From: Candidatus Omnitrophota bacterium | GTDB lineage: Bacteria > Omnitrophota > Gorgyraeia > Zapsychrales > Fredricksoniimonadaceae | NCBI GenBank assembly: GCA_044225175.1 | Contig: JBGAJA010000006.1 | Coordinates: 65,049 to 129,048, forward strand | DNA: 64,000 bases | Direction: 5' to 3' | Shown here: positions 9,142 through 18,285 of the stretch, one piece after another | Layout: the number at the start of each line of letters is the position of its first letter | How positions within the stretch are numbered: the stretch's first letter is position 1 | Translations under genes and position numbers: made by a program | The notes under the pieces: model-generated | The model's database searches: none | Seen by the model: only the letters and a program-made list of their open reading frames with translations | What the model was told of the DNA's origin: nothing

Positions 9142-10256
9142 AATTTTGTTTTAATTGCGGTCAATCCGATGATTAAGAAGATAAGAGGAGCAACGAAGGC
9201 GCAGCTCCAGGTGGGGAGTCCGTCGCCTTTTCCTAAGGCAAGACCTACGGCATCAATGACGTAATACGAAAATCCAATAATTAAGGCAATTCCAATCGAC
9301 GTAAATGTAGCAGCTTTTCTTTTGCCTGAACTCGATAATGCAAATGGAAGTCCTGCTAGAACAATTACAATGATTCGCAAGGGCAGAGCGATTTTCTCAA
9401 AGAGATCAACTTTGAGGTTGTTGACGGTTTTAATGGCCCCGCTTCCGGAAAAACGATTGATATAGCTGCTTAATTGTTTGATATTCATAGCATTCACATC
9501 GAGGCGCTGTTTAACAAAGTCTTTTGGTGTTTCTTTAATATCCATGAGTTTTTCTGGATAGACTTTAACTTCTCCTGGGACATTAGGAAGTGCCGAGTTA
9601 TAAGTTGTAATTTGGCAATTATAAAATTTCCAGGCAATTCCAGTCCATACCCCTTTTAAAGCCACAATCTTTTCAACCAGGTTCTGATCTTTGTCATGAC
9701 CAACGATAGAAATACCTTGAAGGACATTGGTATTAGGATCAAATGTATCCACAAAGAATAAACGGTTTTTTAAGCCATATAATGTAAAGTTTTTGATAGT
9801 AGGAAGTCCCTTACTTTTTTCCGAAACAGTGATCTTGATTTTGGCATCCCGAATTTCCTGGTTAACAATCGATGAAGAAGGAACAAAGCATTCGTTAATT
9901 AGAAAAACGCATGCAGAGATGACTAAGGTAAATACCAGTGCTGGCTTCGTAACTTGCCAGAAGTTCATTCCGCTTGTTCGAATAGCTACGATTTCGTTGT
10001 GATTGGAAAGGTTACTATAAGTAAAAAGTACAGCCATCAAGCATCCCATGGTAGATGTATTAACAATGATTCGAGGAAGAAAAGTGATGTAATACTGAAC
10101 TATGGTCTCCCAACCAACTTGTTTTTCTATGAAATCTTGAAGGTTCCCAAAGGCATCTATTAAAATAAACAAAAAGGCAAATGTAATGAGCATGCCTATA
10201 AAAATTCCAGCAATAGATTTGAGGATGTAGCGATCTAGGATGCGCATAATTTCCAA
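9138..10256 (-). CDS. lptG: LPS export ABC permease, LptF/LptG (YjgP/YjgQ) family
   Basis: 372 aa with six TM segments and a large periplasmic beta-jellyroll insert between TM3 and TM4. It is in tandem with a paralog, as lptF-lptG typically are. Confidence 0.7.
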   Translation of the reverse strand: MEIMRILDRYILKSIAGIFIGMLITFAFLFILIDAFGNLQDFIEKQVGWETIVQYYITFLPRIIVNTSTMGCLMAVLFTYSNLSNHNEIVAIRTSGMNFWQVTKPALVFTLVISACVFLINECFVPSSSIVNQEIRDAKIKITVSEKSKGLPTIKNFTLYGLKNRLFFVDTFDPNTNVLQGISIVGHDKDQNLVEKIVALKGVWTGIAWKFYNCQITTYNSALPNVPGEVKVYPEKLMDIKETPKDFVKQRLDVNAMNIKQLSSYINRFSGSGAIKTVNNLKVDLFEKIALPLRIIVIVLAGLPFALSSSGKRKAATFTSIGIALIIGFSYYVIDAVGLALGKGDGLPTWSCAFVAPLIFLIIGLTAIKTKF

Positions 10257-11323
10257 TTCATAATAACCACAACAATGCCTCCAATGATATCAGGAATCCA
10301 CATGGTTAATGCAGGGTTTAAGACATTCTGTGTGGCAATTCCTTGACAGGCCAAAGACAAGATATAGTAGGGTGCCGCAAAAAGAATAGCATAGAGAATA
10401 TTGGCCGATTTAGCTCTTTTATGAGTGATGACAGCAAAAGGAAATCCTAGAAGGATAAACATAAGAGGTGTCAAAGACCAAGCTAGTCTTCGGTGATATT
10501 CCGTGATCAAAGGGGAGGGGTCAATTGCCATCTTTTTTAACTCCTCAGTTCTTTGTTGAAGTTCCTTGAGGGTCATGGCTTTGGGTTTTTTGTCTAATTT
10601 GGTGTTCTTTTTAGACATATCCATGGTAATAAAAGAGTTTTGAAAGTTGAGCTTATAAAAATTGTTGGGATTTTTTAAGTCTGGCTCATCAGAAGTCCCA
10701 TTGATGAGCTTTAACATTAACTTATCCTGTCCAGGAACTTTAACAAATTCGCCTTCTTGAGCTACGATAGTTCGTGTTGGTCTGTTGGCTTGGGGTTGAT
10801 AAATCCTGACCCCATAGAGGCGGTCATTCTCAATGCGATAAATGAAAACGACATATTTATCAAAAGCATTAATAAATGTACCTGGTTCAAGGAGAGCATT
10901 GGGGTTTTGGGCCCCTGTTTGTTGGAGAATTTTCGTCTGAGCATCATAGGCCATTGGAATGACACGGTCGTTAAGGATATGAACAAAAAGACATAATGCA
11001 ATTCCAACCACAATAAGAGGTGTCAATAGTCTTCGTAAGTACACTCCGCTTGCGCGCATGGCAAGAATTTCGTTTTCTGCAGAAAGTTTTCCAAATGTCA
11101 GAATGACTGTCACTAAGCAGGCAATTGGAAGAGTGTAACCTAAGAGTATGGGGATATAAAAAAGAAAGATCTTGCTGATGGCAACTAAAGATACTCCTTT
11201 ATTAATGACTTTGTTGGCAAGCTGGGGAAGGTATCCCAATAAGAATACAGAAGTCAAAACACTGATAGAAATAGTAAAAGGGACTACACATTCATTAAGG
11301 ATATAATTGCGAAGAATTCTCAT
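10235..11323 (-). CDS. lptF: LPS export ABC permease, LptF/LptG (YjgP/YjgQ) family
   Basis: 362 aa with the same architecture as its downstream paralog. Confidence 0.7.
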   Translation of the reverse strand: MRILRNYILNECVVPFTISISVLTSVFLLGYLPQLANKVINKGVSLVAISKIFLFYIPILLGYTLPIACLVTVILTFGKLSAENEILAMRASGVYLRRLLTPLIVVGIALCLFVHILNDRVIPMAYDAQTKILQQTGAQNPNALLEPGTFINAFDKYVVFIYRIENDRLYGVRIYQPQANRPTRTIVAQEGEFVKVPGQDKLMLKLINGTSDEPDLKNPNNFYKLNFQNSFITMDMSKKNTKLDKKPKAMTLKELQQRTEELKKMAIDPSPLITEYHRRLAWSLTPLMFILLGFPFAVITHKRAKSANILYAILFAAPYYILSLACQGIATQNVLNPALTMWIPDIIGGIVVVIMNWKLCAS

Positions 11324-12045
11324 GGGGTTATTGCTAAGGTTAAAACTCCTACATAGGCTGCGCCTGCATCTTTAAGCGATTGAGATGCAGCGTTAGCTGT
11401 GGCTGCTGTTGTTAACAAATCATCGACGATTAATATACTTTTGTCGCCGATCTTTAAAGAATGGTTTATTCTAAAAGCACCCTCTACGTTTGTCCAGCGT
11501 TGTTTTGCATCCAATTTAGTCTGAGTTTCTGTAAACTTGATTCGAGAAATGAGATCCTTTGAGTGGGGGATTTCGTAGTGATCACAAATCATCTGGCTTA
11601 ATAGTTGAGACTGATTAAATCCTCTTTCGCGGTGTCGAGTTGAGTGAATAGGGATAGGAGTTATGATATCAAAGTTGTGGATAGGGACATGATAAGTATC
11701 TATAAATTCTATTATAAGTTTTGTAAATATTCTTCGTAAATGTGTTTTTCCATGATATTTAAATGAGTGTATAAGGTCAGTTAAGGGTTCTTCATAGAGA
11801 CAAGCAGACCAGGCAGCATCAAAATGATAGTTTGTAGTTAAGCAAGAAGGGCAAAGGCCTTGATCATTGAAAATGAGAACATGTCTGGAACAAGTTAAAC
11901 AAAAAGGAGGGCAGTTCATTTTGATCGATGATAAACATGATTGGCATAGCGTGTGTTGATGAGATGAGCCTAAATACTCTTTACATAAAAAGCAATTATC
12001 AGGAAAGATAATTTCTTTGAAACCTTGTAGTAAGTTTTGGATCAT
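11320..12045 (-). CDS. comF: ComF-family protein (double zinc-ribbon plus phosphoribosyltransferase domain)
   Basis: N-terminal CxxC…CxxC pairs and a C-terminal PRTase motif (ILIVDDLLTTAATANAA). Confidence 0.75.
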   Translation of the reverse strand: MIQNLLQGFKEIIFPDNCFLCKEYLGSSHQHTLCQSCLSSIKMNCPPFCLTCSRHVLIFNDQGLCPSCLTTNYHFDAAWSACLYEEPLTDLIHSFKYHGKTHLRRIFTKLIIEFIDTYHVPIHNFDIITPIPIHSTRHRERGFNQSQLLSQMICDHYEIPHSKDLISRIKFTETQTKLDAKQRWTNVEGAFRINHSLKIGDKSILIVDDLLTTAATANAASQSLKDAGAAYVGVLTLAITP

Positions 12046-12171
12046 GAGTCATCTCGACGTATTAAGTTTGTAGATCTCCTCGATAGATACAGAAAATAAA
12101 ATCTATTTTGGATTTGGTTTATCATACCATATAATAAATTTCTCTATTAAAGTTTATCTGTGGAGGTATGT

Positions 12172-12474
12172 ATGAGAAAATCGTTAATCCTTAGTGCTCT
12201 AATTTTGTTGGTTCCACTGACAGCTTGGGCCGGCTATACTTCCAATCTTGTGATTCTTGATAAAAAAGAGATTTCAAAATTATCTGATGAAGAATTAACT
12301 AATGTTTATATGGATACATGGGTTGATGCGCAGGCTCGAAAAGATTTCTTTAATCATTTTGGTATGGCAGGCAAAGACCTTGATGAATATAAGGCTGTCA
12401 TGAAATACCGACTTTTGCTTTTAATGGAAGTGCACAGTCGTAACATAGATATCCCTCAATTTGATCGTTATTAA
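12172..12474 (+). CDS. Hypothetical small secreted protein
   Basis: It has a signal peptide (MRKSLILSALILLVPLTAWA) with an RBS (GGAGG) 5 nt upstream of the ATG at 12172. No family was recognised. Confidence 0.35.
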   Translation: MRKSLILSALILLVPLTAWAGYTSNLVILDKKEISKLSDEELTNVYMDTWVDAQARKDFFNHFGMAGKDLDEYKAVMKYRLLLLMEVHSRNIDIPQFDRY

Positions 12475-12532
12475 ATTCTTGTAAAGACAAGGCATTCCCT
12501 CGTCTCTACATCTTAATTAGAAAGCGAATTCC

Positions 12533-13090
12533 ATGAATACAACTATTGAAGAAGCGCGCAGCAAATTGTTAGGTATTTTGAAAAAAGAGGCCTTTACTAA
12601 GGGCAAATTCATACTTTCTTCCGGAAAAGAGAGTAGTTTTTATCTCGATGCTAGGATCGTCACATTGAGTGCTCCTGGTGCATACTTAACAGGGCGGATC
12701 ATTTTGGATATGGTTAAGAATGATCATATTGACGCCATCGGAGGTCCAACATTGGGCGCAGATCCTATGGTGGGAGCTGTGGCTTCTTTGAGTTATCAAG
12801 CAGAAAACCCTATTCCTACATTTATTATCCGTAAAACTCCCAAGGCCCACGGTAAAGGTCAGCAAGTTGAAGGTCCGGCATTAAAAGAAGGATCTTCTGT
12901 TGTCATTATTGATGATGTGGCCACTACCGGAAAAGCTTTTGTAGAATCAATTGAGGTTCTACAGAAGATGAATGTCAAGATTGTTAAAGCTATTTGTGTT
13001 ATCGATCGAGGTGAAGGGGCCAAAGAAGCTTTGGCCAAATTTAATGTTCCTATGGAGTCTATATTTACGATTGATCAATTTTTATCATGA
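12533..13090 (+). CDS. pyrE: Orotate phosphoribosyltransferase
   Basis: PRPP-binding motif VVIIDDVATTGKAF, the PyrE-typical N-terminal region, and a length of 185 aa. Confidence 0.85.
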   Translation: MNTTIEEARSKLLGILKKEAFTKGKFILSSGKESSFYLDARIVTLSAPGAYLTGRIILDMVKNDHIDAIGGPTLGADPMVGAVASLSYQAENPIPTFIIRKTPKAHGKGQQVEGPALKEGSSVVIIDDVATTGKAFVESIEVLQKMNVKIVKAICVIDRGEGAKEALAKFNVPMESIFTIDQFLS

Positions 13091-13668
13091 CCCTTAAGCT
13101 TATTCTGGCATCCGCATCCCCGCAGCGTAAAAAGCTTATTAAGTTGCTTGGTCTTCCCGTTAAGGTGATTCCAAGTAAGGCCCAGGAGCAAGATGTCATA
13201 ACTAAAGATGTAAAACATTTGGTTGAGTTTAATGCTTTGATAAAGGCAAAAGAGGTTGCTTCCCGTGTTTCCTCAGGAATTATTATTGGTTGTGATACAG
13301 TTGTATTTTCCCACAAAGGCCGTTTGATTTTAAAGCCTAAAGATTTGAAACAAGCTAAATATAATCTGCAAGAATTGATGGAGCATCCTCACTGGGTTTA
13401 TTCAGGACTGGCTTTAATTGATGCTAAATCTGGAAAAACATTAATTGGTTGTGAGAGAACCAAAGTCTTTATGAATCCATTAACCTCAAAATCGATTGAT
13501 CAATATCATCGCAAGGTTTCTCCTCTAGATAAAGCAGGAGGGTTCGACATCGAGGGCACTGGAGCATTGTTTATTCCTCGTATTGAAGGCTGTTATTTTA
13601 ATGTCGTTGGTCTTCCTTTAGCAAAACTCACTAAAATGTTGAAGGCATTTAATGTGAACATATTATGA
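13087..13668 (+). CDS. maf: Maf-family nucleoside triphosphate pyrophosphatase (septum formation protein)
   Basis: N-terminal LILASASPQRKKLI, the canonical Maf start, and about 190 aa in length. Confidence 0.85.
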   Translation: MTLKLILASASPQRKKLIKLLGLPVKVIPSKAQEQDVITKDVKHLVEFNALIKAKEVASRVSSGIIIGCDTVVFSHKGRLILKPKDLKQAKYNLQELMEHPHWVYSGLALIDAKSGKTLIGCERTKVFMNPLTSKSIDQYHRKVSPLDKAGGFDIEGTGALFIPRIEGCYFNVVGLPLAKLTKMLKAFNVNIL

Positions 13669-14444
13669 GATTCTTGAGTCTGTTGATCTGTAGTTTATGC
13701 TTTACAATTTTGATGGGCTGCGAGACCCAATATAATGCAGCTTTGCATCATCAGGAAACCTTATTATATGGAGATGAAAAGGAAAAAAGTATAGGAGCTT
13801 CCGCTGCCCTTTCTGTTGAGAAAACTTCGAAGATTAATACAGATGTGGATGTTAATGAGAGGGTTCGGAGAGTCTTAGATAAGATTGTAGCTGTTTGTGA
13901 TCGTCAAGACTTGGTCTACACTATTCGTGTCGTTGATGAGGATGTGATGAATGCCTTTAGTTTGCCAGGGGGATATGTATATATTTATAAAGGTCTACTC
14001 GATAAAATGGATAATGATGATCAGCTAGCTGGTGTCATAGGCCATGAAGTGGCGCACATTGTAGCCAAACATGCACTCAAACGTCTACAGGCAGCCTATG
14101 GAGCAACTATTCTTGAGGGTGCAGCTGTTGCGAGTGGTCATATCAATATGGCGGCAGGCATGGACCTAGCTATTTCATCTGTTTTTTTCGAGAATTCTAG
14201 AGAAGATGAATTTCAATCGGATCGCTTAGGCCTAAAATATATGTCACTTGCGGGTTATGATCCTCATCAAATGAAGATTATGTTAGGCAAATTGCTTAAA
14301 GCCCAGACAAAACTAGGTCTACAACCTAAAAGTTATTGGAGAAGTCATCCGTACATTCCTCTTCGTATAGCTAAGGTAGACCAAGAGGCTAATGGAAAAG
14401 TTCAATTTAAAGACTATTTAAATTTGACGGGAGAAGAACGATGA
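13665..14444 (+). CDS. M48-family zinc metallopeptidase (lipoprotein-like signal, HExxH)
   Basis: HEVAHIVAKH zinc-binding motif and a signal peptide with a Cys (…FTILMGC). Confidence 0.75.
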   Translation: MRFLSLLICSLCFTILMGCETQYNAALHHQETLLYGDEKEKSIGASAALSVEKTSKINTDVDVNERVRRVLDKIVAVCDRQDLVYTIRVVDEDVMNAFSLPGGYVYIYKGLLDKMDNDDQLAGVIGHEVAHIVAKHALKRLQAAYGATILEGAAVASGHINMAAGMDLAISSVFFENSREDEFQSDRLGLKYMSLAGYDPHQMKIMLGKLLKAQTKLGLQPKSYWRSHPYIPLRIAKVDQEANGKVQFKDYLNLTGEER

Positions 14445-14872
14445 GATCTAATTTTCTTTTCATGGTCTTAGTTTTTTTCAGTCAGAATATTTATGCCTCT
14501 TCAGTTTGCAGTGAAAAAACATGTCTTGAGGTGGAGGTTGTTTCCAAAGAAGAGGATTTGATGCGTGGTTTGCAGGGAAGAAATGGGTTGGGAGAGAATA
14601 AGGGAATGTTCTTTGTGTTTGACCATGAGGATATCTATCGATTTTGGATGAAAGATATGAAATTCTCGATCGATATACTTTGGTTAGATTCAAAAGGAAA
14701 AATTATTAATGTGGCTTCTGCATGTCCACCCTGTCTTCAAGAACCCTGCGAGGTGTATGCCCCTTTAGATAAAGCTAGGTATGTTCTGGAAGTTGCCAGT
14801 GGATATGCTTTAACGCATGACTTTAAAAAAGGCGACACTCTTCAATTGAAAGACATCTTTAAAACTCTATGA
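14441..14872 (+). CDS. DUF192 domain protein (secreted)
   Basis: It has a signal peptide and a DUF192-like core (…MFFVFDHEDIYRFWMKDMKFSIDILWLDSKGKII…). Confidence 0.6.
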   Translation: MRSNFLFMVLVFFSQNIYASSVCSEKTCLEVEVVSKEEDLMRGLQGRNGLGENKGMFFVFDHEDIYRFWMKDMKFSIDILWLDSKGKIINVASACPPCLQEPCEVYAPLDKARYVLEVASGYALTHDFKKGDTLQLKDIFKTL

Positions 14873-15714
14873 TTATCTTTATATGTTTAAGTCTTTTTTT
14901 TCTCATAATTATCTTTCGTTTAGTAGTTGAGAATCGTCAACTTCGTCAAGAAATTCATCATCAAACACAAAAATTAGAAGTAACTATTAAAGAACTTAAA
15001 ACCGCCCAAATTCGTCTCATGGAAAGCGGAAAAACTTCTGCTCTGGCTGCTCTCAGTGCTGGTATTTTGCATCAAATTAGTCAGCCTATTACAGCGATTC
15101 ATGGATTTGTTCGATTTATGAAAAAAGAAATGAAACCTGAAGATGTTTTTTATAAACCGGTTTCAATTATGGAAGAACAATCTACCTACATGCGTGAAAT
15201 GCTTGAAAATCTGATGGAATTAGTTAGGCATCGTAAGATCCAAAAGGATGCGGTTGATGTTAATGTGGTTCTTAATAAGGCTCTAAATTTGCTTAGTGAT
15301 GAGCTGCGTATTCGTCGTATTGGCTGGGATATCAAATTGGACCCTCACATTCCTCAGGTGTTTGCTGATGCGGTTCATCTGCAGCAAGTTTTCATGAATT
15401 TGGCAGTTAATGCAATGGAAGCTTTAATTGAGAAACCTGCAGGTGAGATCAGGGTTTTAGAAGTATCATCTCATTGGGACATCATGCAAGAATCAGCAAT
15501 TATTCGATTTAAAGATAATGGCCCAGGAATGGCACCTGATGTTCAGTCTAAAATCTTTGATCCCTTTTTTTCTACCAAGGAAAAAGGTTCTGGGATAGGA
15601 TTAGCCCTCTGCTATGATTTAATTAATGAGCACGGAGGACATATCAAGGTTGAGAGTAATGAAGAAGGGACCACATTTACAATTGATTTGCCATGTCTTA
15701 AAAGAATCGCCTAG
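14869..15714 (+). CDS. Sensor histidine kinase (one TM, HisKA plus HATPase_c, no obvious sensor domain)
   Basis: H-box region ILHQISQPITAIHGF, then N-box, G1 (DNGPGM) and G2 (GSGIGLAL) motifs. Confidence 0.75.
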   Translation: MIIFICLSLFFLIIIFRLVVENRQLRQEIHHQTQKLEVTIKELKTAQIRLMESGKTSALAALSAGILHQISQPITAIHGFVRFMKKEMKPEDVFYKPVSIMEEQSTYMREMLENLMELVRHRKIQKDAVDVNVVLNKALNLLSDELRIRRIGWDIKLDPHIPQVFADAVHLQQVFMNLAVNAMEALIEKPAGEIRVLEVSSHWDIMQESAIIRFKDNGPGMAPDVQSKIFDPFFSTKEKGSGIGLALCYDLINEHGGHIKVESNEEGTTFTIDLPCLKRIA

Positions 15715-15724
15715 AGGAGAAGCT

Positions 15725-16111
15725 ATGACAATGCCCCCATCAAATCCTATTAAGATATTAGTTGTTGATGATAAGAAGGTGATCCAAGATTTCTTCGAGA
15801 TTACTTTAGGTTATTATGGTCATTTGATTACTGGAGTCCAGGATCCTCGTCTTGCAACCAAGATTGTTAAAGAACATTCTTTTGATATTGCCTTCATTGA
15901 CATGGTGATGCCGGAAAAGGAAGGCGTAGAAGTCTTAAAATCACTTAAAGAAATTTGTCCTACACTGCCTGTAGTTATGATGAGTGGATATTCCATTCAA
16001 GAAAAGAAGGATGAGGCCCTACGTTTAGGGGCCATGGGTTGTCTTAAGAAACCTTTTGAGTTAGAAGATGTTAGAAAAGTAGTTAAACAAGTGATTGATA
16101 GGGATCTATGA
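15725..16111 (+). CDS. Single-domain response regulator (CheY-like receiver, no output domain)
   Basis: KILVVDD … DIAFIDMVMP (the phospho-acceptor Asp) … MMSGY … KKPF. The ATG at 15725 has an AGGAG RBS. The upstream part of the track ORF overlaps the kinase and is probably not translated. Confidence 0.75.
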   Translation: MTMPPSNPIKILVVDDKKVIQDFFEITLGYYGHLITGVQDPRLATKIVKEHSFDIAFIDMVMPEKEGVEVLKSLKEICPTLPVVMMSGYSIQEKKDEALRLGAMGCLKKPFELEDVRKVVKQVIDRDL

Positions 16112-16866
16112 GCACTAAAAACACTGTATCTGATTTACATTTAGATTCTTCTGAAAGAACCCTTCTTCATGGAGAAATTATTCAAAATAAAGTTTTCTTA
16201 AGAAAGCTATACATTGATTTTTATCGACGATTTCAAAAAGTAATCAAAGATCTTCCATCAAATGGATGTTACGTTGAGCTAGGTAGCGGAGGAGGATTCA
16301 TTAAAGAAGTTCTGCCTCGCGTCATCACATCTGATGTAATGCCTCTTCCTATGATTGATCAGCAATTTTCTGCACTTCAAATGCCTTTTGCTTCAGAAAG
16401 TGTCGATGCATTTATGATGATCAATGTTTTTCATCATATTCCTAATGCAGAGCTATTTTTGAAGGAAGCAAGTCGATGCCTTAAAAAAGATGGAAAAATT
16501 ATCATGGTTGAGCCGGCCAACACACCTTTTGCACGATGGATTTACCAGAATTTTCATCATGAAGATTTCGATGTTAAAGGGGAGTGGTTCTTTGAATCAA
16601 AAGGGCCCTTATCTTCGGCTAATGGTGCATTGCCTTTTATTGTTTTTTTGCGTGACCGACTAGAGTTTACAAAGAAATTTCCCGAACTCAGAATTACAAA
16701 AATTGCACCGGATACGCCATTTCGTTATTTGCTTAGCGGAGGGTTATCTTCTAATTTTTCAATGCCGGGATTTTCGTTTGAATTCTTTAGTGCGTTAGAA
16801 AGAGTATTGACGCCAGTTAATCCTCTGTTGGGGATGTTCTACACGATTGAAATTACAAAAACTTGA
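16108..16866 (+). CDS. Class I SAM-dependent methyltransferase
   Basis: Motif I VELGSGGG and motif II/III regions (…DAFMMINVFHHIP…KKDGKIIMVEP). Confidence 0.6.
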   Translation: MSTKNTVSDLHLDSSERTLLHGEIIQNKVFLRKLYIDFYRRFQKVIKDLPSNGCYVELGSGGGFIKEVLPRVITSDVMPLPMIDQQFSALQMPFASESVDAFMMINVFHHIPNAELFLKEASRCLKKDGKIIMVEPANTPFARWIYQNFHHEDFDVKGEWFFESKGPLSSANGALPFIVFLRDRLEFTKKFPELRITKIAPDTPFRYLLSGGLSSNFSMPGFSFEFFSALERVLTPVNPLLGMFYTIEITKT

Positions 16867-18274
16867 TCTTCTTCATCGCAAATCCACACATCTTAAAGAG
16901 TAATAATCCATGCCTGAATCGTTGAATTTGCGTTGTACCGTATTGACGGTTCTTGTAGCGGATAGGAACTTCAACAACCTTAAGATTTTGTTTAATGGCT
17001 CCAAATATGAGGTCAAAATCACCAAAGGGGTCAAAATCACCGAAATAGTGTCGATTGGCAGCTAGTTCTGTGTAATGGTGCCGTAAGATGACCTTCGTAC
17101 CACACAATGTATCTTTGAATCTCTGCCCTAGAAGCCAGCTGAAGAATAGTCCAAAGAATTTATTAGCAATCAGATTTAAGAAACGCATGGCTTCATCTTC
17201 CATAGGATAAACAAGTCTACAACCATTGATAAATTCTCCCTTACCAGTTTGGATTGCGTGATAGAACTTAGGTAATTCTTCAGGGGGTACGGTTAAATCT
17301 GCATCTAAAATCATCAGAATGTCACATGTGGCATGGCTAAATCCTAAGCGGACCGCGTCACCTTTGCCTTTGCCTTGTTGCCTAAAGAGTTTGATGTCCT
17401 TATGAGGATATTTTGACATAACACGCTCAACTTCTTCATAGGTCCCATCCTTAGAATGGCCTTCTACAAAAATAAATTCCTGATGTTTTCCAAATTCAGG
17501 AGTACGTGTTATGGCCGATTCAATATTTCCTTTTTCATTACGACAAGGAACAAGGATCGTTACAGAGTAGTCTTGTCGTAGCTCTATCTGGGGGCGGGCA
17601 ATGATAAAGTGGCTCAAAGTTAAACCATTAAATAAAGGTAGCTTGGCAAGGAACTTGTTGATTACATAACTAATACCCCAAATGTTAACAGGTAAAAGTA
17701 TGGCCCGATCTGTGCGGATATTCTCAAAGTTACTCAAGTTTAGGAAATTGATAATATCTTTTTCTGTTAGCCAATTCTGTCCAATGCGAGGAATAGTAAG
17801 GTGACACTTTTCAGCAGCTTTTAAGATGAGTTGCCATAAATAACTATGATACTCAATAATAATTCTTGTATCAGAAGTGCAGAATTTTCTTAATGAATTA
17901 AAAAAACTTTCAATATCTAAAAGATCCTCTACCAGTACAGGAAGGATGATGTAGTCAAATTTTTCTTGAGAATCAAAATGATCAATAGTGCCTTTGACAA
18001 ATTGAAGATGAGGGTATTTAGATTTTCCAAGTTCAATCATTTTTGGGCTTAAGTCAATGCCGACCCCAATAGAAGGTTCTAGGCTGGCCAATAAATCACC
18101 GGAGCTGCAACCAACAGCTAATATTTTTTTGCCTTTAGGAATAAAAAATCGGTACTGCTTTTGTCTAAGGCTCTCATAATACTTTCGCCGATGACTTAAT
18201 TTCTCATAATGATTGGCAATATGATCGTAGTGTTGTGAAATTTTTTGAAGTGTGATTTGGTCTGAGCTGCTCAT
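16853..18274 (-). CDS. Fusion protein: N-terminal SAM-methyltransferase domain plus C-terminal family-2 glycosyltransferase domain
   Basis: N-terminal motif I ILAVGCSSGDL. The C-terminal half has the GT2 signature (ILVPCRNEKGNIE… ILDADLTVPPEE). Confidence 0.65.
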   Translation of the reverse strand: MSSSDQITLQKISQHYDHIANHYEKLSHRRKYYESLRQKQYRFFIPKGKKILAVGCSSGDLLASLEPSIGVGIDLSPKMIELGKSKYPHLQFVKGTIDHFDSQEKFDYIILPVLVEDLLDIESFFNSLRKFCTSDTRIIIEYHSYLWQLILKAAEKCHLTIPRIGQNWLTEKDIINFLNLSNFENIRTDRAILLPVNIWGISYVINKFLAKLPLFNGLTLSHFIIARPQIELRQDYSVTILVPCRNEKGNIESAITRTPEFGKHQEFIFVEGHSKDGTYEEVERVMSKYPHKDIKLFRQQGKGKGDAVRLGFSHATCDILMILDADLTVPPEELPKFYHAIQTGKGEFINGCRLVYPMEDEAMRFLNLIANKFFGLFFSWLLGQRFKDTLCGTKVILRHHYTELAANRHYFGDFDPFGDFDLIFGAIKQNLKVVEVPIRYKNRQYGTTQIQRFRHGLLLFKMCGFAMKKIKFL

Positions 18275-18285
18275 ACATTCTCTTT

